Numbered from the stretch's first letter, positions 1 to 9,904 are shown. The stretch: DNA of 64,000 bases from Candidatus Omnitrophota bacterium (GCA_028716565.1 JAQUPL010000004.1:4236-68235); one strand, 5' to 3'. The notes: generated by a model not told the origin, from the sequence alone. Program-made: numbers and translations.

Positions 1-30
1 ATTTGGATGTAGTGTCTACCGCAAGGATCT

Positions 31-450
31 TCATGCTTCCTTTATACTGATCGTCCGTTCGTTGGGATTCTTTATCTTCAACGCGACATCTAAACGCCTT
101 TTTGGCAATATGCGCGCCATCTTGCCCGACCATTCTATGACGATGACGCCTTTGCGCGCGAGGTAATCCTCATAGCCGATATCTTCGATATCCTTCAAAT
201 TATTGAGCCGGTAGATATCGAAATGGAAGAGCGGGATCTTTCCTTTATATTCTTTCACAAGGACGAACGACGGGCTGTTGACGTACCTGTAATCCTTTAC
301 GCCAAGGCCCTTGGCTATCCCCTTGACCAGGGTGGTCTTGCCCGCGCCCAGTTCGCCTGAGAGCGCGACCAAATCGCCCGGTTTGAGACGCTTGGCTATC
401 TTCTCACCTAATTTTATAGTTTCTTCCGCGTTCGCTGTCGTGAAATTCAT
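31..450 (-). CDS. tsaE: tRNA threonylcarbamoyladenosine biosynthesis protein TsaE (P-loop ATPase YjeE family)
   Basis: 139 aa with Walker A GELGAGKTT and the typical TsaE length. It lies adjacent to thiL as in Bacillus (thiL-tsaE). Confidence 0.85.
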   Translation of the reverse strand: MNFTTANAEETIKLGEKIAKRLKPGDLVALSGELGAGKTTLVKGIAKGLGVKDYRYVNSPSFVLVKEYKGKIPLFHFDIYRLNNLKDIEDIGYEDYLARKGVIVIEWSGKMARILPKRRLDVALKIKNPNERTISIKEA

Positions 451-1365
451 CTAAAAATGGGAAAACCCTTTTGGCTTCAATTCTTTTGTCGTCCCGTCCG
501 GGGCTATGATCTTCACCCCGATCTTTCTATCGAGTATCTCCCCTATCTGCGATATCCTCACGCCGTTCAATTCGAGATTCTTGCGGGCCAGCCTCCGCGC
601 CTCGGCCAGCGGCATAGTGAACAACAACTCGAAATCCTCGCCTTCGTTTAGCGCCGCGTTTACGCCCCTGGCGCCCTTTGAGACCGGCACCAGTTCCTTA
701 TATATGCAGGCGCCTACCCCGCTCGCCTTCGCTATATGGTTTAAATCGGTCGAAAGCCCGTCCGAGATATCTATCATCGAGGTTATCTTGAAATTATTCA
801 CCAGGTACCGCGCTTCTTTTAGGCGCGGCATGAAGGTAAGATGCCTCTTGCTCTTGTACGACCCGCCGAGCGCGCCTGTCACGCATATTATATCGCCGGG
901 CCTGGCGCCGCTCCTGAACGCGATCTTATCCGGCTCAGCGAACCCGAGGACCGCCACGTCTATGACGAGTTTCCCGGAAGAATTCGTGTCGCCGCCGACT
1001 ATCTCGACATCAAACCTTTTGGCGAGCGCCTTTATCCCGCAGTATATCTCGTCTATGAACTCAACCCTCAGTTTTTTCGGGAGGCCCAAAGAGACGACCG
1101 CGTATTTCGCTGCGCCGCCCATCGAGGCGATATCGCTTAACCCGCAGGCAAGCGACTTCCAACCTATCTGGAAAGCCGCAGCGTCCTTTAACTTAAAATC
1201 GACGTCCTCGAGCAGCATATCGATGGTGACGAGCAGGTATTTCTTCTTCGATACGCGTATCACGGCGCAGTCATCGCCTATCCCCCGGACGATATCCCTG
1301 CCTGCCTTAAAATTCTTCGCGAGCCGCTCTATGAGCCCTGTCTCACCTAATCTTTTTAATTTCAT
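451..1365 (-). CDS. thiL: thiamine-monophosphate kinase (AIR synthase-related fold)
   Basis: 304 aa. The N-terminus (MKLKRLGETGLIERL...GIGDDCAV) and length are typical of ThiL. It is tightly packed with tsaE. Confidence 0.8.
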   Translation of the reverse strand: MKLKRLGETGLIERLAKNFKAGRDIVRGIGDDCAVIRVSKKKYLLVTIDMLLEDVDFKLKDAAAFQIGWKSLACGLSDIASMGGAAKYAVVSLGLPKKLRVEFIDEIYCGIKALAKRFDVEIVGGDTNSSGKLVIDVAVLGFAEPDKIAFRSGARPGDIICVTGALGGSYKSKRHLTFMPRLKEARYLVNNFKITSMIDISDGLSTDLNHIAKASGVGACIYKELVPVSKGARGVNAALNEGEDFELLFTMPLAEARRLARKNLELNGVRISQIGEILDRKIGVKIIAPDGTTKELKPKGFSHF

Positions 1366-2380
1366 CCGGCTTAAAAACTCCTTTTTCCGTGACTATCGCA
1401 GTGATGAGCGCCGCAGGCGTGACGTCGAACGCCGGGCTATATGTCTTTACCCCTTTCGGCGCGAGCAAATTCCCGCGGATCGTCGTGATCTCCTCGCCGC
1501 GTCTTTCTTCTATCGGGATCAACCTGCCGTATGGCAGGTTGAAATCTATCGTTGAGACCGGCGCTACGACATAAAAAGGTACCTTGTGGTATTTCGCCAG
1601 GACCGCCACCCCGTAAGTGCCGATCTTGTTCGCCGCGTCGCCGTTACGCGTTATCCTGTCAGCGCCGACGATGACCTTCGTGACCTTGCCCAAGCTCATC
1701 ACATGCGCGGCCATGTTATCGCAGATGAGCGTGACATCTATTCCCTCGCGCATCAGTTCCCACGCGGTAAGGCGCGCGCCCTGCAATAGCGGCCGCGTCT
1801 CATCGGCATATACCTTTACGCGCTTGCCCTGTTCCTTCGCCATATAAATTACGCCGAGCGCGGTGCCATAATCGGCAGTCGCGAGCGCCCCGGCATTGCA
1901 GTGAGTCAATATGACATCTCCGTCCTTGATGAGCCGCGCGCCGTATACGGCCATCTTCCTGCATATCGCCCTGTCCTCCTCATATACTTTATGCGCCTCG
2001 GCGAGCAGAGCCTTCTTTATCTCCGGGACCGGTTTTTTCTTATTTTTTACCGCGGAGGCACGCATCCTGTCGAGGCCCCAGAAGAGGTTTACCGCGGTCG
2101 GCCTGGCCGAACCGATGAACTTTATGACGCGGTCCAATTCGCGGACAAACTCATTATAATTTTTGGCACGCGAATTCCGGATTCCCAGGTAAGTCCCGTA
2201 TGCGGCGGCAACGCCCAATGCCGGAGCTCCGCGCACCTGCAATTTCTTTATCGCGTGCCAAAATTTCTTTACGTCGCGGAAACTCAGGTATACGAGCTTG
2301 TTCGGCAGCAGGGTCTGGTCTATTATTTTTATTGCCCCGCCCGACTTTTGTGCGTCCCATCTTATCGTATGGATAGCCAT
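1343..2380 (-). CDS. mtnA: S-methyl-5-thioribose-1-phosphate isomerase / eIF-2B alpha-beta-delta family
   Basis: Sequence is MtnA/eIF2B-like (GAPALGVAAAYG, DETRPLLQGARLTAWEL, GADRI..NGDAANKIGTY). Start set at the internal Met (MAIHTIRWD) so it does not overlap the upstream gene that ends at 2385. Confidence 0.75.
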   Translation of the reverse strand: MAIHTIRWDAQKSGGAIKIIDQTLLPNKLVYLSFRDVKKFWHAIKKLQVRGAPALGVAAAYGTYLGIRNSRAKNYNEFVRELDRVIKFIGSARPTAVNLFWGLDRMRASAVKNKKKPVPEIKKALLAEAHKVYEEDRAICRKMAVYGARLIKDGDVILTHCNAGALATADYGTALGVIYMAKEQGKRVKVYADETRPLLQGARLTAWELMREGIDVTLICDNMAAHVMSLGKVTKVIVGADRITRNGDAANKIGTYGVAVLAKYHKVPFYVVAPVSTIDFNLPYGRLIPIEERRGEEITTIRGNLLAPKGVKTYSPAFDVTPAALITAIVTEKGVFKPDEIKKIR

Positions 2381-2384
2381 TATT

Positions 2385-3500
2385 TTACACCATTTTCCCG
2401 AACATTTTCGCCAGGAAGCTGCGCCCCACCGAGATGGCGGCATGGGGACAGAGCTCGTGGCAGCAGAAACACTTGATGCAGCGCCTGTAATCTATCCTCG
2501 AGCCTTCCTCTTTTATCGTGATGCACTTCGCCGGGCAGCTCTTCTCGCATATCAGGCACTTCTTGCATATTTTATCATTAATTACGGGGAAAAACCTGAT
2601 AGCTTTCGAGAGCCATTTAAAGACAGGCTTCGGGACTTTCATCATTATCGAGGTAGCCGGCAGCTTGAAACCGCGTATCCGCGCGCCTTCGATAGTTTCG
2701 CCGAGGACCTCTATTTTTGAAAGGTCGGCCTCGCCTAATTTCCGTTTGTACGCCTCGGCGGTTATGGGGAGCCGGAGCGGTTCAATGCCGACGAGCCCGG
2801 CGTATACCGCGTCGCAGGCCACGCAGTCGTTGCTCGCCATCACAAGGTTCGCTCTGCGGAGTTCCCCTGCCGCGGGCCCGTTGCCTTCCATCGCAACTAT
2901 GCCGTCCATGACGACGAGCCTGGGTATCGCAGTCTCAAACACATCTATCGCGAGTTTCGCGAACTCATCAGGCCTCGGCGCCTTAAGGTGGCAGTCTGAT
3001 TTGAACTGCCCGATCGCGAGCCCGTATGAATTCTTCAGCGCGCCGGTGAGCGTCATCAGGTCGTGCGTCTTCATCTTCGGGACGGAGATGACGCCATCGG
3101 CCTCTTTCGCCCAGACCGATATCGGCATCCCCTTTATGTTCTGCGCCTTGTCGAAGTCTACAAGCCTTACGCCCTCTTCCTCGCAGACTTTTTTTATCCC
3201 GGATTCCCCGTATGTCGAACCGGCGTCCCTCTGCCCCATCCCGCCGGGCGAATCCCCGACGATGATCTCGGCGCCCGCGCCCTTAACGAGGCGTATGACG
3301 GCCCGCAGGACCTCGGGATGCGTATTTACGCCGGACTCGGGCGGCCTTGAGGAGAGGACGTTCGGCTTAAGCAGTATCTTCTCGCCTTTTTTGACGAAGG
3401 CGGAGATGCCGCCGACCAGGTCCACCGCCTCTTTTACGGCGGAGCAGACCTTGCCTGTATCGTACGAATCCGCTCTTACTATCGAGACTTTCGGGCCCAT
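2385..3500 (-). CDS. DUF362 domain protein with C-terminal 2x[4Fe-4S] ferredoxin domain
   Basis: N-terminal DUF362-like region (KILLKPNVLS). C-terminus has CKKCLICEKSCP and CIKCFCCHELCP cysteine clusters. Confidence 0.6.
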   Translation of the reverse strand: MGPKVSIVRADSYDTGKVCSAVKEAVDLVGGISAFVKKGEKILLKPNVLSSRPPESGVNTHPEVLRAVIRLVKGAGAEIIVGDSPGGMGQRDAGSTYGESGIKKVCEEEGVRLVDFDKAQNIKGMPISVWAKEADGVISVPKMKTHDLMTLTGALKNSYGLAIGQFKSDCHLKAPRPDEFAKLAIDVFETAIPRLVVMDGIVAMEGNGPAAGELRRANLVMASNDCVACDAVYAGLVGIEPLRLPITAEAYKRKLGEADLSKIEVLGETIEGARIRGFKLPATSIMMKVPKPVFKWLSKAIRFFPVINDKICKKCLICEKSCPAKCITIKEEGSRIDYRRCIKCFCCHELCPHAAISVGRSFLAKMFGKMV

Positions 3501-3502
3501 GG

Positions 3503-4570
3503 CTAATTAGGGATCGCTATTAATTTATACAGGAACACGAAAAATATAACGGCCGAATTATGGATTATATGCACCGCTATCGACGGAACGACAGAACCGG
3601 TCTTCTCGTAAAGGTACGCCAGGAGGATGCCGAGCGCGAATATCGGGAAGAACGAGACTATGTTCATATGAAGCATCGCGAAGACGAATGAGATGAGAAG
3701 TATCGCGTTCCTCACCCCTATCTTCTTCCTGAACACCGGATACGCGAATCCCCTGAAGAAGAGCTCCTCGGCGATCGGCCCGATGACGGTAACGAGCGCC
3801 GTAAGGACAAGGAGGAGCTTCGTCCCCTTCGCCTCATAGAGTATCTCGAGCGCCTTCGTCTCAGGCGGTTCATAACTGAATATCCTGAGGCCGATGAAGA
3901 CTATGATCATTATGACAGCCAGGACCGGTACGATTACAAGATAGCCGCCGATGGCGACCCTCATGTTCCTCTTTATGTTCTTAAAAACGAGCCCCAGCCC
4001 GGCGAAACCGCTTTTGAATTTATTTACCGCGAAATGCGCTACTATGGCCAGGCCGATGATATCTATCAGGGTCGCGTTAAGAACGCCGAAGAACACCTCG
4101 TTGGGGTTATCTACTTTCATCAGGTCGAACATATTGGCCTCTACCCATTGGAGCGCATAGGAGAAAAAATAGAACGTGATTATTACCCTTAGGATATCCG
4201 TTAACTGCCAGGGCACATCCGGCGGTGAGCCGTAGGCAACCATGAGGTCGCGGCCGTTAAGCTTGCGCGCGATGCCTCTTATCCCGAGGACAAGGCCTGC
4301 CAAAAGGGCGGCCGCGCTCAAGAATGTGCTGGCCGTGACCGCGAAACCGAGGAGCTTGTCGCCCGCGAGCAGCTCCCTTATCCTCTCTTCCTGCGCGAGG
4401 ACCTCCTTAGGCGTAAGTATCTTATGCGTTTTCTTCTTCTCGGCAAGCCTCTCTTTCCTATCGGGCGAGGGCGACACCGCCAGGAATATCTCGGTCGCTA
4501 TTATAAAAGAAAGCATCAAAAGGTAGATCCGGTTCCCGCCCGCGAATCTCCTTAGCTTATCCCACGACAT
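3503..4570 (-). CDS. CPBP family intramembrane glutamic endopeptidase (CAAX protease/Abi family) membrane protein
   Basis: Polytopic membrane protein carrying the EELFFRG and FAMLH motifs of the CPBP/Abi family. Confidence 0.7.
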   Translation of the reverse strand: MSWDKLRRFAGGNRIYLLMLSFIIATEIFLAVSPSPDRKERLAEKKKTHKILTPKEVLAQEERIRELLAGDKLLGFAVTASTFLSAAALLAGLVLGIRGIARKLNGRDLMVAYGSPPDVPWQLTDILRVIITFYFFSYALQWVEANMFDLMKVDNPNEVFFGVLNATLIDIIGLAIVAHFAVNKFKSGFAGLGLVFKNIKRNMRVAIGGYLVIVPVLAVIMIIVFIGLRIFSYEPPETKALEILYEAKGTKLLLVLTALVTVIGPIAEELFFRGFAYPVFRKKIGVRNAILLISFVFAMLHMNIVSFFPIFALGILLAYLYEKTGSVVPSIAVHIIHNSAVIFFVFLYKLIAIPN

Positions 4571-5936
4571 TTAGTCTCCTCGGCCTGAACTTGACCTTTA
4601 ATTCTTCGGTCGCGACTCTCTCGCATTCCCTCATATCCACGCCTTCCTGGTCGACGCAGGTCACCTCGACCTCGGGCAGCTTCTCCCTGCATTCAACGAT
4701 GAATTTCTTTACCTCGCCGAATGTCTCCGGCCCGAAGGCCGGCCTGCAGATCTTATTATAGGCATCCTTATCCGGGGCGTTCAGGCTTACGCTCACGCGG
4801 TCTATAAGCCCGGCGAGGTCGCCGGCGATGCTCCTTTTATTTATTAGGTTCCCGTGGCCGTTAGTCGTAAGGCGGAACCTGGCTCCCTTCTTTTTCAATG
4901 CTTTGGCCACCTCGATCATGCAGTCGAGGCGCAAAGTGGGTTCGCCGTATCCGCAGAATACTATCTCATCATATCTCTTCGGGTCGCCGACCGCCTCGAT
5001 GATCTCTTTTGCCGACGGTTCCCCTTTAAGGCGCAGGTTGTGCCCCATCACAAAATCGGTCGTCTTGGTGACGCAGAACTCGCAGTCGCTGGTGCACCTG
5101 TTGGTTAGATTTATATAAAGGGAGTCCCTTATTTTATATGTGATGGATGATCCCGGCGCGGCCCCGACCCCGAAGAGCCGCGCGCAGTTAAGCGTCGTTA
5201 CCCTAGCGACGTCCTGGGCGGTAAGGCCTTTCAGCTTCGCTATCTCTTCGACGGCTTTCAGCATATATGACGGCTCGTTCCTTTTCCCGCGCATCCCTTC
5301 CGGCGCCAGGTAAGGCGCGTCGGTCTCGGCCAATATCCTGTCCATCGGGACGAGGCTTTTTACCAGCTCGCGCAGCTTGGAGGCGTTCTTGAAAGTGATG
5401 TTGCAGGTGAATGAGACATACATCCCGAGGTCGAGGACGGTGTTTAGCAGTTCTTCATCGGCCGGGAAGCAATGGATAACGCCTTTTACCGGCGCCGCCA
5501 TTTCTTTTTTCAGTATCTTCAGCAGGTCCTCGCGCGCGTCGCGGCAGTGGATTATGAGGGGCAGGCCCGTCTCTTTCGCGAGGCGGAGGAATTTCATGAA
5601 TGCCGTCTGCTGTAATCCGGCAGGCGAGAGGTTCCTGTAGTAATCGAGGCCGACTTCGCCTATGGCGACGACTTTTTTATCTTTGGCCAGGCCCTTTATC
5701 TCGGAAAATGAGGACGCGTTCAGTTCCTTCGCGTCATGGGGATGGATACCGACCGAGGCGTATACGCTGTCATATTTATTCGCGAGCTCGACCGACCTCT
5801 TCGAGCCCTCGAGGCTGCTCGCTACATTTATTATGTATTCTATCCCGGCTGCCCTGGCCCTCTTTATCACTTCTTCCCTGTCCGGATCGAACTCCGGGAA
5901 ATCGAGATGGCAGTGGGTATCGACGAGCCTCATCAT
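4557..5936 (-). CDS. tatD: TatD-family metal-dependent hydrolase fused to a C-terminal radical SAM domain (TatD-associated rSAM type)
   Basis: N-terminal 255 aa is canonical TatD (MMRLVDTHCHLDFPEF...). The C-terminal ~200 aa has CTSDCEFC (CX3CX2C) and a GYGEPTL glycine-rich motif. It is a single uninterrupted ORF. It sits downstream of metG as in Firmicutes. Confidence 0.75.
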   Translation of the reverse strand: MMRLVDTHCHLDFPEFDPDREEVIKRARAAGIEYIINVASSLEGSKRSVELANKYDSVYASVGIHPHDAKELNASSFSEIKGLAKDKKVVAIGEVGLDYYRNLSPAGLQQTAFMKFLRLAKETGLPLIIHCRDAREDLLKILKKEMAAPVKGVIHCFPADEELLNTVLDLGMYVSFTCNITFKNASKLRELVKSLVPMDRILAETDAPYLAPEGMRGKRNEPSYMLKAVEEIAKLKGLTAQDVARVTTLNCARLFGVGAAPGSSITYKIRDSLYINLTNRCTSDCEFCVTKTTDFVMGHNLRLKGEPSAKEIIEAVGDPKRYDEIVFCGYGEPTLRLDCMIEVAKALKKKGARFRLTTNGHGNLINKRSIAGDLAGLIDRVSVSLNAPDKDAYNKICRPAFGPETFGEVKKFIVECREKLPEVEVTCVDQEGVDMRECERVATEELKVKFRPRRLNVVG

Positions 5937-7507
5937 TTCGCCTTTGTGTCGATGCGGGGGAAGAGCGGGGCGCCTTTCTTTATGACATCTCCGCCCAGCT
6001 GTTCTTTAATGGAGATTGAAGTATGCGGCATAAAAGGTGAGATCGCTTCACCGACATTCCTTATAACTTTCACCAATGTGCGAATAAACACCTTAAGCTC
6101 TTCTGCTTTCCCTTCTTTTGACAAATTCCAGGGCTTTGCTTCTTCGACATACTTATTTGCCATATTGATGACTTCCCAAAGGCCTGCCAATGCCCCACTG
6201 AAATTAAATTCTTGTATCTCGTACCGCATAGCCCTATCAATAGATAAGCCAGGAGAGGGATTATTAGGAATATCAGATAAATGGGGTGTATCTGAACACA
6301 AATACCAATTCAATATTTTATTTATGCTTTCTGCAATTCCGTCAAATCTTACGCTTTTATCATCTATTTCGGGAATTTTCCCCTGATAGTATTTTTCGAT
6401 CATTGTCAGGGTGCGATAAACAAGGTTACCTAGGTCGTTTGCAAGGTCATCATTGAATCTTTTTATTATCGCCTCTTCCGAGAAATTACCGTCGAGCCCG
6501 AACGGCACGTCGCGCAAAAGGAAATAGCGGTATGTATCGAGCCCGAATTGGTTGACCATATCTACCGGATTTACGGCATTCCCGCGCGATTTGGACATTT
6601 TGGCCTGGTCTATCATCCACCATCCGTGCGCGAAGACGGTCGTGGGCTGCCTTATGCCGAGGGCGTGGAGCATTATCGGCCAGTAGACCGCGTGCTGTCT
6701 TAAGATATCCTTTCCGATCAGATGTATAACATCCGTTTCTTCGTCCCACCATTTAGAAACATATTTTCCGTCATCATTAAACGAACCGACAGCGCTTATG
6801 TAATTTATCAGGGCGTCGAACCAGACATAAGTCACGTGGTCAGGCGCAAAAGGAAGCGGTATACCCCAATTCAGGCGTTCTTTCGGCCGCGAAATGCACA
6901 AGTCTGTAAGTTTGTTAAGCCGCAAAAAACTCAGGACTTCCTCGCGACGGCTGTCTGGTTTTATGAATTCGGGATGCTCATTAATATAAGAAATAAGCCA
7001 ATCCTGGTATTTGGACAACCTGAAGAAATAATTCGTTTCGGAGATTTTTTCTACGGGCCTCTTGCAGTCAGGACAGATGCCTCCGACCGCCTGCAGTTCG
7101 GTCCAGAAGGTCTCGCAGGGAGTGCAGTATAACCCTTCGTATTTCGATTCGTAAATATCTCCTTTTTTGTTTACGATATCCAGCGCACGTTGGACAAAAG
7201 AAATATGCCTCTTCTCCGTGGTCCTTATGAAATCGTCATAAGATATATCGAGCGCCTTCCAGAGCTCCCGGAACTGGACAGATACTTTGTCGACGAACTC
7301 CTGCGGCGTTATCTTCGCCTCATCCGCGGCTTTCCGTATCTTCTGGCCGTGCTCATCCGTCCCGGTCAAAAACCATACGTTATCCTTACCCAGGCCCTGC
7401 CTGTGGTAACGCGCGAGCGTATCGGCCGCGATGCTTGTATACGAATGACCTATATGCGGGCTCGCGTTAACATAATATATGGGTGTCGTAATATAGAATT
7501 TTTTCAT
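5933..7507 (-). CDS. metG: methionine--tRNA ligase
   Basis: HIGH-class motif region (YYVNASPHIGHSYT), KMSKS (KMSKSRGN) and a zinc knuckle (CPDCKRP). Confidence 0.95.
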   Translation of the reverse strand: MKKFYITTPIYYVNASPHIGHSYTSIAADTLARYHRQGLGKDNVWFLTGTDEHGQKIRKAADEAKITPQEFVDKVSVQFRELWKALDISYDDFIRTTEKRHISFVQRALDIVNKKGDIYESKYEGLYCTPCETFWTELQAVGGICPDCKRPVEKISETNYFFRLSKYQDWLISYINEHPEFIKPDSRREEVLSFLRLNKLTDLCISRPKERLNWGIPLPFAPDHVTYVWFDALINYISAVGSFNDDGKYVSKWWDEETDVIHLIGKDILRQHAVYWPIMLHALGIRQPTTVFAHGWWMIDQAKMSKSRGNAVNPVDMVNQFGLDTYRYFLLRDVPFGLDGNFSEEAIIKRFNDDLANDLGNLVYRTLTMIEKYYQGKIPEIDDKSVRFDGIAESINKILNWYLCSDTPHLSDIPNNPSPGLSIDRAMRYEIQEFNFSGALAGLWEVINMANKYVEEAKPWNLSKEGKAEELKVFIRTLVKVIRNVGEAISPFMPHTSISIKEQLGGDVIKKGAPLFPRIDTKAK

Positions 7508-8325
7508 CTTCTCTGGTTGCGGTGCATTTCACAGCCCTTTGGGCATTTGCAGGCGAGCTCGACGAACTTCCCCTCCCCGCAGTCAACCGTTATCGAGCGT
7601 TTGAGCGCGTTCACCGAGATGACCTTGCCCGCGCATCCCTCGAGGTTGACCTTCTCGCCCTCCTTGGGAAGGCCCTTCAATAATTCGACGTATAATTTAT
7701 GCTCGTATCCGAGGCAGCACATCAGCCTGCCGCACACGCCCGAGATCTTCGCGGGGTTTAGCGGGAGGTTCTGCTCCTTGGCCATCTTTATCGTGACCGG
7801 TTCGAAATCCTTGAGGAAGGTCGCGCAGCAGAGGCATTTGCCGCACGGCCCGAACCCGCCCAAAAGCCGCGCCTCGTCGCGGACGCCTATTTGCTTGAGT
7901 TCTATGCGCGCCTTGAATATGCGCGCCAGGTCTTTCACCAGCTCCCTGAAATCTACGCGCCCTTCGGCCGTGAAATAGAAAAGGAGCTTCGACCTGTCGA
8001 AGGTATATTCGGCGTCGATGAGCTTCATCTTAAGCCCGTGCTCGATTATCTTCTTCTGGCAGGTGGTAAAGGCCTCTTTCGTCTTCTCGCGGTTCTTCTT
8101 TATCTGGTCGAGGTCGCCGGCCGTGGCGATCCTCAGTATCTTACGAAGCGGCTCTTCGCCGGAGACCTGGGAGACGGATTCCGCGCCGGATATCGCCTCG
8201 CCGTAATCTACGCCCCTGTCGGCCTCGACGATAACGGAGTCGCCGATCTTCGGCTTCGTGTTCCCGAGTTCGAAATACGACGTCTTGCCGCCTTCCCTTA
8301 ACCTTATCTGGACCACTTCGAACAT
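7504..8325 (-). CDS. ricT: PSP1 C-terminal domain protein (RicT/YaaT-like)
   Basis: 273 aa PSP1-like with a cysteine-rich C-terminus. Located immediately downstream of holB as in B. subtilis (holB-yaaT). Confidence 0.7.
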   Translation of the reverse strand: MFEVVQIRLREGGKTSYFELGNTKPKIGDSVIVEADRGVDYGEAISGAESVSQVSGEEPLRKILRIATAGDLDQIKKNREKTKEAFTTCQKKIIEHGLKMKLIDAEYTFDRSKLLFYFTAEGRVDFRELVKDLARIFKARIELKQIGVRDEARLLGGFGPCGKCLCCATFLKDFEPVTIKMAKEQNLPLNPAKISGVCGRLMCCLGYEHKLYVELLKGLPKEGEKVNLEGCAGKVISVNALKRSITVDCGEGKFVELACKCPKGCEMHRNQRR

Positions 8326-8334
8326 TTTATTCCC

Positions 8335-9300
8335 CTAAGTTATGTTAAGCCGCATGCAGGAGAGCGCGATCTTTATGTTGGCGTTCCTCTTTATCTGCTC
8401 CTGCGTGTCGGCGATTATCTCGATTATCCTCTCGAGCCTCTCTGCCGGATATCTCGCGGCGTCGCGCGCTATATCCGCGGCCCTGTCAAGGTTAACGAGC
8501 AGGCCCTGGTCCTTCGAGAGGCTGAATACCAAAAGGTCCCTGAAATATACGGCTAGCGCGTTCAGCGTCTCGTTTATCTTATCGCGCGGCTCGCCGTACA
8601 GCCACGTATCCTCATAGCCGAACTGCTTCGGCGTCAAAAATTCGTCTACTACTTTGTTCCTCTTGGCCAGCGCCTCGCCTTCGAGTACCTCTATCGCCCT
8701 GCCGAGACGGCCTTCGGAGAACCTGGAGACGCAGGCCGCCTTCTTCTCGTCGAGCCCATATCTTTCTATGAGTTCTTTCATTATCGCGCGCTCGCCCAAC
8801 GGATGGAAGAGGACCTTCTGGCACCGCGATACTATCGTCGGCTGCAGCTTGAACATGTTCGAGGCGAGCAGCACGAGGATCGTGTCTTTCGGCGGTTCCT
8901 CGAGGGTCTTCAACAGCGAGTTCGCAGCCTCCTCGGTCATCTTGTCGGCGCCGTCGATGGTGAAGACTTTCGTCCGCCCCTCGTAAGGCTTAAGCGACAA
9001 CGCGCCCTCTATCTTGCGGATCGCGTCGATGCCTATCTGCGATGATTTCCCTTCCGGGGAGAGGACGACGGCGTCGGGATGTATCCCGGCTTCTATCTTT
9101 TTGCAGGGGACGCACTCACCGCAAGGCTCGGCGCCTCCCCTTTCGCAATTGAGCGCCGCGGCAAAGACCTTCGCCAAAAGCGACTTGCCCACGCCTTCCG
9201 GGCCTATAAAAAGGTACGCGTGCGCGAGGCGTCTTTCTTCTATGGCTTTCTTCAAAAGGCCTGCGGCGAGTTCCTGTCCGATGACCTTGTTAAATGACAT
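8335..9300 (-). CDS. holB: DNA polymerase III subunit delta'
   Basis: AAA+ Walker A (GPEGVGKS) and a Cys cluster (CGECVPC). Follows tmk. Confidence 0.85.
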   Translation of the reverse strand: MSFNKVIGQELAAGLLKKAIEERRLAHAYLFIGPEGVGKSLLAKVFAAALNCERGGAEPCGECVPCKKIEAGIHPDAVVLSPEGKSSQIGIDAIRKIEGALSLKPYEGRTKVFTIDGADKMTEEAANSLLKTLEEPPKDTILVLLASNMFKLQPTIVSRCQKVLFHPLGERAIMKELIERYGLDEKKAACVSRFSEGRLGRAIEVLEGEALAKRNKVVDEFLTPKQFGYEDTWLYGEPRDKINETLNALAVYFRDLLVFSLSKDQGLLVNLDRAADIARDAARYPAERLERIIEIIADTQEQIKRNANIKIALSCMRLNIT

Positions 9301-9904
9301 GCAATACGGCTCTTCTTATTTTATCCTGGACCGCGGTGACCGGCGCGTCGGTCGTCCGGATCACTTTTATCCTGCGCGGTTCCCTTTTCGCTATCTTCAG
9401 GTAACCGTCCCTGACCTTCTTATGGAACCGGACGGGTTTTATCTCCATCCTGTCTTTTACCCCGGCGCGTTTCAGCCCGGTTTTTGTCTCCACGTCGAGC
9501 AATATCGTCAGGTCGGGTTTAAGCCCGCCTGTCGCGAGCCTGCCCGCCGAATCGATCAATTTCAGGCCGAGGCCTGCGCCGTAACCCTGGTAGGCAACCG
9601 TCGCGTCATGAAACCTGTCGCAGACCACGATATATCCCTTGGCCAGCGCGGGCCTTATTATCTCCTCGACTATCTGCGCGCGCGCCGCGAGAAACAGGAA
9701 GAGTTCGCAGGCGGCCGACATCTTTTTGTTCTTCTTGTCGAGGAGCAACTTGCGGACCGCTTCGCCGATCTTAGTGCCGCCGGGCTCGCGCGTATGCAGC
9801 ACCCTGAGGCCGCCTTTCTTCAGGCGGGCGCAAAGCAGGCGCGAATGCGTAGATTTCCCGGACCCTTCCGGGCCTTCGATAGTGATGAATTTTCCGCGCC
9901 GCAT
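9290..9904 (-). CDS. tmk: thymidylate kinase
   Basis: N-terminus MRRGKFITIEGPEGSGKST and a length of 204 aa. Confidence 0.9.
   Translation of the reverse strand: MRRGKFITIEGPEGSGKSTHSRLLCARLKKGGLRVLHTREPGGTKIGEAVRKLLLDKKNKKMSAACELFLFLAARAQIVEEIIRPALAKGYIVVCDRFHDATVAYQGYGAGLGLKLIDSAGRLATGGLKPDLTILLDVETKTGLKRAGVKDRMEIKPVRFHKKVRDGYLKIAKREPRRIKVIRTTDAPVTAVQDKIRRAVLHVI

Noticed and set aside
506-1555. Long plus-strand ORFs (e.g. 506-1555, 9014-10351, 20628-22346, 31479-32693, 46219-47499) antisense to well-supported minus-strand genes
   Set aside because: They are low-complexity, Arg/Pro/Ser-rich translations with no recognisable domains. They overlap confidently identified genes and are expected antisense open frames in GC-rich DNA.
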